Origin: Candidatus Dojkabacteria bacterium
GTDB lineage: Bacteria; Patescibacteriota; Dojkabacteria; SC72
Direction of reading: 5' to 3'
Length of the DNA stretch: 64,000 bases
Assembly (NCBI GenBank): GCA_050950165.1
Contig: JBMNHC010000001.1
Coordinates: 453,744 to 517,743, forward strand
This document shows, one piece after another, positions 17,193 to 26,581 of the stretch. Made by a program: the position numbers and the translations under genes. Position 1 is the stretch's first letter, and every line of letters begins with the position of its first letter. The notes beneath the pieces were generated by a model, which was not told where the DNA came from, searched no databases, and saw only the letters and a program-made list of their open reading frames with translations.

Positions 17193-18673
17193 GAGGTGGT
17201 TTTTCTAATGAACGGTGCAGAAAGAACAGCTGTAGTTGTAAAGATAAAAACGGGAATAGTATAACCTGTGAAAAGTATAATGAGGGGAATCCTGAGAATA
17301 AATGTTATCACCACATATGTAAAGATAGTAATGGCAATACTCTAGGAGGGGTTTTCTCGACAAACTCTGATTCAGATTCCGCGTGTCGCGATTGTGGATT
17401 TGATACAAAACCAAAAGAGGAAGGAGGAGAGTGTAATTTTGGGTCAGAATGTGCTGCTTGTCCTTGGCCAAAGGTAGCAAACTGTTCTAATCACAAATGT
17501 GGATGTATCCTTCCAGATCAAATACCTGCAGATCAATTACAATGTGGTTCTATAACACCATGTAATCCTCCAGCATGTCCTCAAGGAATGGTAGATTGTG
17601 GTACTTCTGCAGATAGTGAGGATAAAACAGGTTGTTCTGCTCAGGGATCGTGTATTGCTGAGTGTACAATATGTAAGAATAAATCTATAATATTTAGACA
17701 TTGTAAAGCTGCACCTACAAATGTTTGTGATGGAGGTAGTTGGATAGATAAACCTAGTGGTAATATTGACTATGGTAAGAGTATAACCTTTAGTGCTAAA
17801 GCTAAAGATTCAGATGGTATTAAGAGAGACAGTATTGTAGTTAAAAAAGGAACAGAAACATTATCCGAATGTAGTGGTGTAGAGAGTGTAAATTGTATTA
17901 AGTTAACAGAAGCAGCTACAGAGACAACTATTAGTGGAACATTAAGTACCCCTTCTAAGCAGTTAGCACCAGGTAACTATACTATCTCTATGAGCTGGAA
18001 AGACAAGAAAGATGTTGGTGGAGAAGCATGTGCATTAACTACATCTTTTGTAGTACTTGAAAAGCAAACTAATCCTGATTGGGAGATCTCTAAGTCTGTG
18101 GTAGAGCAATGTATTGATGATAGTACAGAAGATCCCAAAGCAGAGTTAACGTATACCATTGCTATTAAAAATACAGGAGATGGAGCGGGTCAGATATCCA
18201 AGATAGAGGATGTATTGGATGATAAGGTTCAAAGTAGCTTTGTTCAATCATCTTCTATTACCCCTCCAGGTAAATATGAGGGTGGAAAGATTATCTGGGA
18301 TTACATATCTTCCCCTCTCTCACTAGCAGCTGGAGAAAGTAAGGTATATACGTATAAGATACTTTTGGATAAAGAAAATTTTGAAACATATAGTAACACT
18401 GCAACATTGACTCCTGTAGGTTCTCCTTCTCTTTCTTCTTCTGCAAATATTGTTGCAGATTGTATAATTACAACACCAGATACACCAGATAAACCTGGAG
18501 AGAAAGTACCTCAAACAGGTCTCTTTGATTCAGTTCTTTCTAGAATAGCTGCAGGTGTAATATTAGTAATATTCGGTGTCTTTGTATACAACATACCTAA
18601 TACAATGTTTGCTAGTAAAGAACCATCCTACAAGTATAGAGATAGATTTGAAAGAAAAGTAGCAAACAGGTAA
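17060..18673 (+). CDS. Cys-rich surface protein B, paralog of 15201..16985
   Basis: Identical N-terminal 44 aa and near-identical C-terminal anchor; different Cys-rich core; Ig-like and DUF11-like domains. Confidence 0.8.
   Translation: MAIRLNKTTKIILAIVILILSVALGYLIWRINQPERLDPTDSDAGGGFSNERCRKNSCSCKDKNGNSITCEKYNEGNPENKCYHHICKDSNGNTLGGVFSTNSDSDSACRDCGFDTKPKEEGGECNFGSECAACPWPKVANCSNHKCGCILPDQIPADQLQCGSITPCNPPACPQGMVDCGTSADSEDKTGCSAQGSCIAECTICKNKSIIFRHCKAAPTNVCDGGSWIDKPSGNIDYGKSITFSAKAKDSDGIKRDSIVVKKGTETLSECSGVESVNCIKLTEAATETTISGTLSTPSKQLAPGNYTISMSWKDKKDVGGEACALTTSFVVLEKQTNPDWEISKSVVEQCIDDSTEDPKAELTYTIAIKNTGDGAGQISKIEDVLDDKVQSSFVQSSSITPPGKYEGGKIIWDYISSPLSLAAGESKVYTYKILLDKENFETYSNTATLTPVGSPSLSSSANIVADCIITTPDTPDKPGEKVPQTGLFDSVLSRIAAGVILVIFGVFVYNIPNTMFASKEPSYKYRDRFERKVANR
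18448..18604 (+). repeat. 3' conserved flank, copy 2
   Basis: Direct repeat of 16748..16904, offset 1700. Confidence 0.95.
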
Positions 18674-18680
18674 AATTGTA

Positions 18681-18714
18681 TGATATAATCCAAACGCTTT
18701 AATTTGAAGGAGGT
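18681..18714 (+). promoter_or_regulatory. Extended -10 promoter and strong Shine-Dalgarno site of rpsU
   Basis: TGATATAAT at 18681-18689; AAGGAGGT at 18707-18714, 7 nt before ATG 18722. Confidence 0.8.
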
Positions 18715-18721
18715 AAACCCC

Positions 18722-18922
18722 ATGGCAGTAATAGTTCATGCCAATGAAAATATAGATAGTGCTCTTAAAAGACTTCACAGAGAAGTAATGAGAGAGAAGA
18801 TTTTAGAAACATACAGAGAGAAAGCTTACAGAAGTAAGAAAGCTGACTTAGCTATCCAAAAGAGAAGAGAGTGGGCTAAAATGAAAAGAAGAAGAAGAAC
18901 TGCTGCAAGAAGGGCTAGGTAA
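18722..18922 (+). CDS. rpsU: 30S ribosomal protein S21
   Basis: V...ENIDSALKRL.R......IL...R...Y, Arg-rich tail; precedes yqeY. Confidence 0.9.
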   Translation: MAVIVHANENIDSALKRLHREVMREKILETYREKAYRSKKADLAIQKRREWAKMKRRRRTAARRAR

Positions 18923-18939
18923 ATTTTTACTTTTAATAT

Positions 18940-19383
18940 ATGTCCCTTTTAGAAGATATTCGCAAAGATATGTTTAGTGCTAGTAAGCAGGGTATATCTG
19001 CTGAAGTAGATATACTTAAGATGGCTCTTGCAGAGATTAAAAATGAGGAGATTAAAAAAGGTGAAAGTCTTTCTGATGATGAAGTCATTAAAGTCTTAAG
19101 AAGAGAGAGTAAAAAGATTGAAGATTCCATTGTTGAATTTACTAAAGCAGGAAGAGAAGATCTTGTTGTAAAAGAAAAAGCTCAATTTGATATCTTACAA
19201 AAATATCTACCAGCACTTTTGGATGAATCTAAGATAGAGGCTGTAGTTAAAGATGTAATATCTAAAATTGGTGCAGAAGGAATGAGAGATATGGGTAGAG
19301 TAATGGGTACTGTAATGAAAGAGTTAGAAGGTCAAGCAGATGGTAGAGTTGTTAAAGAAATTGTTCAGAAGCATCTTTCATAA
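18940..19383 (+). CDS. yqeY: GatB/YqeY domain protein
   Basis: AGREDL..KE...L.KYLP, DMGRVMG..MK...G.ADG. Confidence 0.92.
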   Translation: MSLLEDIRKDMFSASKQGISAEVDILKMALAEIKNEEIKKGESLSDDEVIKVLRRESKKIEDSIVEFTKAGREDLVVKEKAQFDILQKYLPALLDESKIEAVVKDVISKIGAEGMRDMGRVMGTVMKELEGQADGRVVKEIVQKHLS

Positions 19384-19826
19384 TGGAAGATATTTCAGTA
19401 GAGATATTTAATAGTGAATTGGTTTTAGAAATAGAGCCTACATTTAGTATCCCTTTTAGTGAGATAGAGAGAGCATACAAGAAAATATTTTCTAAATATG
19501 CTCTTAAGGATATTAATATTGTCTTTGTTAAATCTGAATATATTCAAGAGTTGAATAGACAGTACAGAGGAATAGATGCACCTACAGACGTTCTCTCATT
19601 TGAGATGGAGAGTAAGGTTAGTGGAGAGATATATATCTGTCCTGAATATATATATCTTACATTTCAAGAAACTCTCTTTGAAGAAGAGATACTCAGATTG
19701 ATAATTCATGGTACACTACATATATTAGGATATGACCATTTAGAGAGTATGAATGACTCTGTAGATGAACAGATGTTTAAAATACAGGAAGAATTACTTT
19801 TAAAGTTTAAACAGTTATGTTTTTAA
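19383..19826 (+). CDS. ybeY: rRNA maturation RNase YbeY
   Basis: LN.QYRG.D.PTDVLSF, HGTLHILGYDH. Confidence 0.95.
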   Translation: MEDISVEIFNSELVLEIEPTFSIPFSEIERAYKKIFSKYALKDINIVFVKSEYIQELNRQYRGIDAPTDVLSFEMESKVSGEIYICPEYIYLTFQETLFEEEILRLIIHGTLHILGYDHLESMNDSVDEQMFKIQEELLLKFKQLCF

Positions 19827-20371
19827 TAGTAGGTTTAGGAAATGTTGGTAAGGAGTATATAGATACACCACACAACAGTGGATTTCTCTTTTTGGATATC
19901 TTAAGAGAAAGACTCTTGGATATATCTTCGTTACAGGTATCTGAGTGGATTAATGAAAAAAAACTTTTTCAATCTGAAATATGTAAGATTAAAAGAGATG
20001 GAGAAGTAATATTTTTACTTCAAAAACCTCTTACATATATGAATAGGTCTGGAGATGCAGTAAGAATGATAGTTGAGAAATTTGCTCCTAAAAGTATCAT
20101 ACTAGCTCATGATGATTTAGATATCCTACTAGGTAGATACAAGATAGGGGTAGAAAAGTCTCCTAAGGGTCACAGAGGCGTATTAAGTGTAGAAGAGGGT
20201 ATAGGGAGGAAGGATTTCTTAAGGGTGAGAATAGGGGTAGATAACAGAGGAGAGAGAGAGATCCCTGGTGAAGAGTATGTACTACAGAGATGTTCAGATG
20301 CAGAGCTTTCTGCTCTAACAGTTAGTGTTAAAAATGCAGTAGAAGAGTTACTCTCTACTTTTGAACTTTAA
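19817..20371 (+). CDS. pth: Peptidyl-tRNA hydrolase
   Basis: LIVGLGN.G.EY..T.HN.GF, KPLTYMN.SG, HDDLD, GH.G, RVRIGV. Confidence 0.95.
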   Translation: MFLIVGLGNVGKEYIDTPHNSGFLFLDILRERLLDISSLQVSEWINEKKLFQSEICKIKRDGEVIFLLQKPLTYMNRSGDAVRMIVEKFAPKSIILAHDDLDILLGRYKIGVEKSPKGHRGVLSVEEGIGRKDFLRVRIGVDNRGEREIPGEEYVLQRCSDAELSALTVSVKNAVEELLSTFEL

Positions 20372-21560
20372 TCTTACAATCTGTGTAATATTTAGATATC
20401 TCTTCTAAGGTATGTATTCTTACTCTCTTGTCTTCTTTCATTACAATTCCTACCTCTTCACTGTTTAAGAATATTCCAATATTTACAATCTCATCTTCTT
20501 TTAGAACAAAGAATAGAGAACCTGATGTAGTATTGTTGTTTAACTCATCTAGTAGGTTTTCCTTTGCAAGATATTCATAGAGTAGTCTGTCATATTTAAT
20601 ATCTACTCTGTATCCTTCAATGTTATACTCTTTGTGTGCAAAATCCTTTAGTACTGGCTCTATCACCATATTCTGATTTAAATATGCTTGGGATATTAAT
20701 CTGTATGAGTTTGTTGCTCCATATCTGTATTTAATCTCTTCCCAAAGATTTTCTCTGTTTGTTGTAAGACTTTTTGTATTTAAGATTTCATAGATATCTT
20801 CTACTAGTTTCTGTTTATTTGCATTTAAGATATTTCCTCTACCGTTATTTTTTGTATCGTAGTCCTTGTAATCGATAACGGTATCAAAATCACTATCATA
20901 TATTGTATGACCATCTTCTTTGTAAAGTATCTTGTTGTAAGTATTTTTGTTCATATACATGGTAAATGGAAGGATTAAAAGAGAGAGAGCTATGAGAGAG
21001 AGTAGGCAATATTTAAAGAATTTACTCTTTTTAAAAAAATATTTATACAGTAAAAAGAGAAAAAAAGAAATTATTACTATCTCTACAGCAAAAGATGGAG
21101 TAGAGAAATATTGGGCGAAGTAGTTCTGTCCAAAAATATTTCCTAAAAGAGTAATCTCTAGTCTAAGAGGTTGAAATATTTGAGAGGAGGAGAAGATAAT
21201 ATCTCCTAGAAGGTGTGAGAGTGTACCAATTAAGAATGAATTAATTAATATTGTAATGACTTTTCTGTTTAAGAGGAGTCTAAAATCTTTGTTAGCAAGC
21301 CTTTTTAGTAAAGCTAAGAGTAATTTTAGAAATACCCAGAGAGATACCCATAGGGGTATAGAGTGTGTGATTACTTGGTGATGAAGAAAAGTAGGTATAT
21401 TACTCATCGTGAGTACGAAGATATCAAAGTCTGGTAATATACCGAAAAAGAAAGAGAGAAGAATTACTGCAGTATGTTCTGCCTTAGTTAATTTCGATAT
21501 CTCTTTTTTCTGTACTACTTCATTTAGTAGTACACTTAAAGGTCCATGAGCTATATACAT
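20355..21560 (-). CDS. YdjM-like membrane metal-dependent hydrolase with extracellular C-terminal domain
   Basis: N-terminal H, LPDFD, H..ITHS, SHLL.D motifs; about 200-aa soluble C-terminal part. Confidence 0.7.
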   Translation of the reverse strand: MYIAHGPLSVLLNEVVQKKEISKLTKAEHTAVILLSFFFGILPDFDIFVLTMSNIPTFLHHQVITHSIPLWVSLWVFLKLLLALLKRLANKDFRLLLNRKVITILINSFLIGTLSHLLGDIIFSSSQIFQPLRLEITLLGNIFGQNYFAQYFSTPSFAVEIVIISFFLFLLYKYFFKKSKFFKYCLLSLIALSLLILPFTMYMNKNTYNKILYKEDGHTIYDSDFDTVIDYKDYDTKNNGRGNILNANKQKLVEDIYEILNTKSLTTNRENLWEEIKYRYGATNSYRLISQAYLNQNMVIEPVLKDFAHKEYNIEGYRVDIKYDRLLYEYLAKENLLDELNNNTTSGSLFFVLKEDEIVNIGIFLNSEEVGIVMKEDKRVRIHTLEEISKYYTDCKIKVQK

Positions 21561-21621
21561 TCTTGTTTAATGTACAATATTATCTTTAGTATTCAATACT
21601 TACTTGGTAGAATAGCTTTGT

Positions 21622-24006
21622 ATGATTAAATCATTTTTAGAAGAATTTGGAAAGAAATTTTCTTCTATACAACTAATTGATGGACAGAATGTTGTAATCC
21701 CTAAAGGTTGTGAGGAGTTGGTAGCTGAGCTTCTTGGTAGAAAAAGTAAGAAAGCCATATGTATATTACCAGAAGATACAGATATATTACCTAAATATAT
21801 CTCAATTGATGTAGGGCAGAGATGGGAGAAGTCTCTTTTGTTAGATTTAGGATATACCTTTGTAGAGAGAGTATGGGGTAGTGGAGAGGTTGCTGTTCTT
21901 GGTGAGAGTATAGTTTTGTGGCCATTTAGTTCTAAGAATCTGTACAGGATTGTACTCTTTGGTGATGAGATAGAGAGTATTGAAAGATTAGAACCTGAAA
22001 GTAGAAAGAGAATTGAGCTGTTAGAGAGTGTTAATATCTTCTCTAATTTCTCTCCCTCATATATATCTAATGAGAATAGAGGGGATATTTTGACATTAAG
22101 GAGGGTAGAGAGCTCACTTCTGGATAGTCAGAGTATAGAATTGGGTATTAGAAAATTACCAGATTTAAGTAGGTATATTAATTTAAAAGCTACAATTAAC
22201 ATCCTAAGAGATTACAAGAAGAGAGGATATGTTGTTTGGTATTTAACTAAAGATCTTTTTAAATTTGATTCTTCATCAGAGATTCAGAAGCTTGTGGATA
22301 GGGTGTTTGAGGTTAACAATGTTGTAGAGAAGTCTTTGGAGAGAGGTTTTCTGTATGAGAAAGAGAAGATATTGGTTTTAACAGATATGGAGGTACTTGG
22401 AGAGCTAGATCTAGGTATATCTAAGTCTAGTAAGAAGATAGATAGGGCATCTGTGGAGCTTTTAAGAAAGATTAGGTTAGGAGATTTTGTAGTACATGAA
22501 GATCACGGTATTGGAAAGTTTGTAGGTACAGTTTCTAAAGAGGAGGGTGAATATATTGAGATTGCATATGCTGGTAGTGATAGATTGTTCGTTCCCCTCT
22601 ATTCATCTTCAAAGGTAATGAGGTATGTAGCTAGTGGTAAGTACCAGCCTAAGCTTACAGGTTTAAACAGTGGTTTTTGGAAAAGGACTTCTAAGAAGGC
22701 AAAAGAGGATGTTAGAAATATTGCTAAAGAACTTTTACAGATATATGCACTTAGAGAGGTTAGTAGGTGTAGTGCTGTGTTACAAAGTGAGAGAGAAAGA
22801 GATGAATATTGGAAGTTTGCAAATGAGTTTGAATTTGTAGATACAGAGGATCAATATATTGCAACTAAGCATATTGAAGAAGATTTTAAGAAAACAAGAC
22901 CGATGGATCGTCTACTTGTTGGAGATGTAGGTTTTGGTAAAACAGAGATAGCGATGAGAGCAGCTTTTGCTGTAGTAAATAGTGGTATGCAGGTTGTTGT
23001 ACTTGCTCCTACTACAGTTTTAGTAAATCAGCATCTTAGGGTATTTAGACAGAGATTTAAGAAATATCCGTTTAGGATAGAGGGGTTTTCTAGATTACAA
23101 AGTGATCAAGAGAGAGAAGATATATTGAAAGATTTAAGTAGTGGGAAGATAGATATATTGATAGGGACACATGCTCTTCTTTCTGAATCTGTTAAGTTTA
23201 AGAAATTAGGTTTGTTGGTAGTAGATGAAGAACAGAAATTTGGTGTAACACAGAAGGAGAAGTTGAAAGCAAAGAGAGTAGATACGCATGTTCTTTCAAT
23301 GACAGCTACCCCTATACCTAGAACTTTAAATATGTCTCTTCTTGGTATTAGAGATATCTCTGTACTAGCTATTGCTCCTCTTGGTAGGGTTGCCATTAAG
23401 AATGAATTTAATACTTTCTCATATGATGAGATAGAGAAAGCGATTCGAAGAGAGCTGGATAGGGATGGGCAAGTTTACTACCTGCACAACAGTATTGCAG
23501 ATATTGGGCTTGTAGAGCAGGAAATTAAAAGAAGGATTCCTAGTATGAAGGTAGAGGTAGCACATGGTAGACTCTCTGGAGAGAGATTGATAAAAGTAAT
23601 GGATGGATTTCAGGGAGGCAAGATAGATGTACTTTTGTGTACAACCATTATTGAAAACGGTTTAGATATATCTAATGCTAATACTTTGATAGTTGATGAT
23701 GTAAACAGGTTAGGTCTTTCTCAGCTTTACCAGATTAGAGGTAGGGTAGGTAGAGGTTCGAAAGAGGCGTATGCTTGTTTCTTCTATGATTCTCTAAAGG
23801 GAGATGCTCTACTTAGGCTTGAGGCAATTAAAGAATCTCAAGCGTTAGGTTCAGGTTTTCTACTTTCAAACAGAGATTTAGAAATTAGAGGTGCGGGAGA
23901 TATACTCGGTAGGAAACAGAGTGGCACTATTAACTCAATTGGTTACGGTTTGTATACACAGCTATTATCTGAAGCAGTAGAGGAGATAAAAGGGGGGAGT
24001 GTATAA
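21622..24006 (+). CDS. mfd: Transcription-repair coupling factor Mfd (compact)
   Basis: CarD-like RID (GDFVVHEDHGIG), GDVGFGKTE, DEEQKFGV, TATPIPRT, QIRGRVGR, DLEIRGAG. Confidence 0.92.
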   Translation: MIKSFLEEFGKKFSSIQLIDGQNVVIPKGCEELVAELLGRKSKKAICILPEDTDILPKYISIDVGQRWEKSLLLDLGYTFVERVWGSGEVAVLGESIVLWPFSSKNLYRIVLFGDEIESIERLEPESRKRIELLESVNIFSNFSPSYISNENRGDILTLRRVESSLLDSQSIELGIRKLPDLSRYINLKATINILRDYKKRGYVVWYLTKDLFKFDSSSEIQKLVDRVFEVNNVVEKSLERGFLYEKEKILVLTDMEVLGELDLGISKSSKKIDRASVELLRKIRLGDFVVHEDHGIGKFVGTVSKEEGEYIEIAYAGSDRLFVPLYSSSKVMRYVASGKYQPKLTGLNSGFWKRTSKKAKEDVRNIAKELLQIYALREVSRCSAVLQSERERDEYWKFANEFEFVDTEDQYIATKHIEEDFKKTRPMDRLLVGDVGFGKTEIAMRAAFAVVNSGMQVVVLAPTTVLVNQHLRVFRQRFKKYPFRIEGFSRLQSDQEREDILKDLSSGKIDILIGTHALLSESVKFKKLGLLVVDEEQKFGVTQKEKLKAKRVDTHVLSMTATPIPRTLNMSLLGIRDISVLAIAPLGRVAIKNEFNTFSYDEIEKAIRRELDRDGQVYYLHNSIADIGLVEQEIKRRIPSMKVEVAHGRLSGERLIKVMDGFQGGKIDVLLCTTIIENGLDISNANTLIVDDVNRLGLSQLYQIRGRVGRGSKEAYACFFYDSLKGDALLRLEAIKESQALGSGFLLSNRDLEIRGAGDILGRKQSGTINSIGYGLYTQLLSEAVEEIKGGSV

Positions 24007-24073
24007 AGGTTTTTAAATGTGTAAATATTTTTCACTTGTTAGTAAACGATATCTAGTCTAAGATGTACTCGCT

Positions 24074-25591
24074 ATGTCCACAGTCTTGTACAGAAAATAT
24101 AGAGCACAGAATTTTGATGAACTTTTAGGTCAAGATCACATAACTAAAATTCTAAAGAATGCAATTAAGAGTAATCAGCTCTCTCATGCATATCTTTTTG
24201 TAGGCTCTAGAGGAACAGGTAAGACTAGTACTGCTAGAATACTAGCTAAGGCTGTAAACTGTCTTGCACCTCTTTCAGATGGTAATCCTTGTAACAAGTG
24301 TGAGGTATGCAAAGGGATATCGGAGGGAACGTTTCTAGACTTGATAGAGATAGATGCTGCATCAAACAGGGGTATAGATCAGATTAGAGATCTTAAGGAG
24401 CGAATAGAGTTTTCTCCTTCACTTGGTAAGTACAAGGTATACATAATTGATGAGGTACATATGTTAACCAATGAGGCGTTTAATGCTCTCCTTAAGACCT
24501 TAGAGGAGCCTCCTGAACATATTATCTTCATACTGGCTACTACAGAGGGTTACAGGTTACCTGCTACGGTTCTTTCAAGATGCCAAAGATATGACTTTAA
24601 GCTTGGTAGTGATAACGAGGTAATGGAGATGCTTAAGTCTGTTGCAAAAAAAGAGAAGCTTAAGGTAGAGAAAGGAGCTCTAGAAGTATTAGTTAAAAAT
24701 GCAAGAGGAAGTTTTAGAGATGCTCTCTCTTTACTAGATGTTGTATATCATGGACAACCTACAGATGGTAGTAAGAGTGAGATTACTGAAAAAGAGGTAA
24801 GACAGGTATTAGGTATTCCAGAGATATATTTAGTGGAGGATCTACTAAGTGCACTTCTGCAAGGGAGTGCAATAGAGGCTTTAGAAAGTATTAAAAAACT
24901 AGAGGTTAGCGGGATGGGGTATTCACAATTTATTTCATACACATTAGAGATACTTAGGGAGGTATTGGTTGCTAAGCTTTCAGATTCTAAGGTTGAATAT
25001 TCTTTTGTAAAAGATATTACTCAGAGAGATTTAATAGAATTGATTAATGCTTTCATTAAAGTAGAGAGAGATCTTAAAGGTAGCTCTAACCATATTTTAA
25101 TATTACAGATGTTGATACCGACTTTTTGTCATGAAGAAAAAAAGAGAGGAACAATCTTAGAGAAAGAGAGTGAGAAGGTAGAGGTAGTAAATAGTGATGC
25201 AAATATTCTTAACCTAGAAGAGTTACGAAGTGGTTGGAAAGATATTGTGGAGAGGATAAAAATGCAGAATACTGCCCTTTCTGTATTTTTATCTTCATCT
25301 CGTGTAGCTGGTGTTAGTGGAGATACTGTTAGTATTGAAGTACCTTTTAAATTCTACAAAGAGAGAATAGAGGAGTATTCAAGTAAACAGGTAATTACAA
25401 ATTCCATTAATGAATTACTTGGTGTTAATTGTAGAATTAGTTGTACAGTTAATGCCTTGGTTAAGCCTAAGATAAAGTCTAGTGCTGATGTAGTATTAAA
25501 AAATGTACCAGTTTTTAAAAAGCAAGAGGAGAGAGCTAGTAAGAAGAAAGAGTTGAGTACAGAGGTTGAAGCAATATTTGCTGGTATGTAA
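24074..25591 (+). CDS. dnaX: DNA polymerase III subunit gamma/tau
   Basis: LYRKYR, G.RGTGKTS, Zn C4, EIDAASNRG, DEVHML, SRCQ. Confidence 0.97.
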   Translation: MSTVLYRKYRAQNFDELLGQDHITKILKNAIKSNQLSHAYLFVGSRGTGKTSTARILAKAVNCLAPLSDGNPCNKCEVCKGISEGTFLDLIEIDAASNRGIDQIRDLKERIEFSPSLGKYKVYIIDEVHMLTNEAFNALLKTLEEPPEHIIFILATTEGYRLPATVLSRCQRYDFKLGSDNEVMEMLKSVAKKEKLKVEKGALEVLVKNARGSFRDALSLLDVVYHGQPTDGSKSEITEKEVRQVLGIPEIYLVEDLLSALLQGSAIEALESIKKLEVSGMGYSQFISYTLEILREVLVAKLSDSKVEYSFVKDITQRDLIELINAFIKVERDLKGSSNHILILQMLIPTFCHEEKKRGTILEKESEKVEVVNSDANILNLEELRSGWKDIVERIKMQNTALSVFLSSSRVAGVSGDTVSIEVPFKFYKERIEEYSSKQVITNSINELLGVNCRISCTVNALVKPKIKSSADVVLKNVPVFKKQEERASKKKELSTEVEAIFAGM

Positions 25592-25648
25592 TCTCCCTTT
25601 TAAGGTATAATTCTGTAGAGAAGAATTTAAATTTATTCATACATTGGT

Positions 25649-25939
25649 ATGTTAAACCCCATTGAATTAATTAAGATGCAACAAGAGGCTAAAAAGATGC
25701 AGAACAAGATGAGAGAGAAGAAGATTAGTGGTGAGTCTAAAGATGGTATGGTTAAGATTTTCATGAATGGAGCTCAGGAGTTTGAGGATATATGGGTAGA
25801 TGATGATTTAATGGATAGTGAGATGATGGATAGGTTTAAGAAGGATATGAAAGAGGCTTTTAAAGACTATCAAAAGAATTTACAGAAGGAGATGGCTAAG
25901 GATATGGATATAGATCAGCTTAGAAATATACTTGGTTAA
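25649..25939 (+). CDS. ybaB: YbaB/EbfC nucleoid-associated protein
   Basis: QQ.AKKMQ..., GES.DG.V...MNG; dnaX-ybaB-recR synteny. Confidence 0.88.
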   Translation: MLNPIELIKMQQEAKKMQNKMREKKISGESKDGMVKIFMNGAQEFEDIWVDDDLMDSEMMDRFKKDMKEAFKDYQKNLQKEMAKDMDIDQLRNILG

Positions 25940-25940
25940 T

Positions 25941-26564
25941 ATGTCAGTATTACCTCTCTCCGTTGAAAATGTCATTAATGAACTTAGTAAGCTACCTGGA
26001 GTAGGTCCTAAATCTGCTGCAAGGATGGCTTACCACTATCTTAGATCACCAAACAGGGATGCATCTAAGTTAGGTCAGGCTTTGTTAGATATGGATAAGA
26101 ATACTCTCTTTTGTAAGAAGTGTTTTAATGTATCAGATAGTGAAGTGTGTAATATCTGCGGTAGTCCTAAAAGAGATAAGGGGAAACTTTGTATAGTGGA
26201 GGAACCACTAGATGTTGTAGCTTTTGAGAACTCATCCATTTTTGATGGTCTCTACTTTGTATTGGGAGGAGTAATATCTCCTGCAGAGGGAGTAGGAGCA
26301 GAGGAGTTAAGATTTAAAGAGTTAAAGAGGAGAGTATTAGAACTTCTAGAGGAGCAGGAGGAATTAGAGATAATTGTGGCAACAAATCCTAGTTTAGAAG
26401 GAGAGGCTACTGCTAGCTACATTCTAGACTTGTTTAATAGTGAGATGAAAGGTAGTAAAATTAAGATTACTAGATTAGCGATGGGTCTTCCTACCGGTGC
26501 AGATTTAGAGTATGCAGATAGGTTGACTCTTAAAAGAGCACTAGAGGGAAGGAGAGGGATTTAA
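25941..26564 (+). CDS. recR: Recombination mediator RecR
   Basis: LPGVGPKSA.R, C4 Zn finger, CIVEE..D, EGEATA, LEYAD..TL..AL. Confidence 0.97.
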   Translation: MSVLPLSVENVINELSKLPGVGPKSAARMAYHYLRSPNRDASKLGQALLDMDKNTLFCKKCFNVSDSEVCNICGSPKRDKGKLCIVEEPLDVVAFENSSIFDGLYFVLGGVISPAEGVGAEELRFKELKRRVLELLEEQEELEIIVATNPSLEGEATASYILDLFNSEMKGSKIKITRLAMGLPTGADLEYADRLTLKRALEGRRGI

Positions 26565-26581
26565 AATATATACGAATATAT

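Noticed and set aside
15143-18604. Diversity-generating retroelement or CRISPR explanation for the repeats
   Set aside because: No reverse transcriptase; the few mismatches are not adenine-specific; repeats are long, coding and present only twice.
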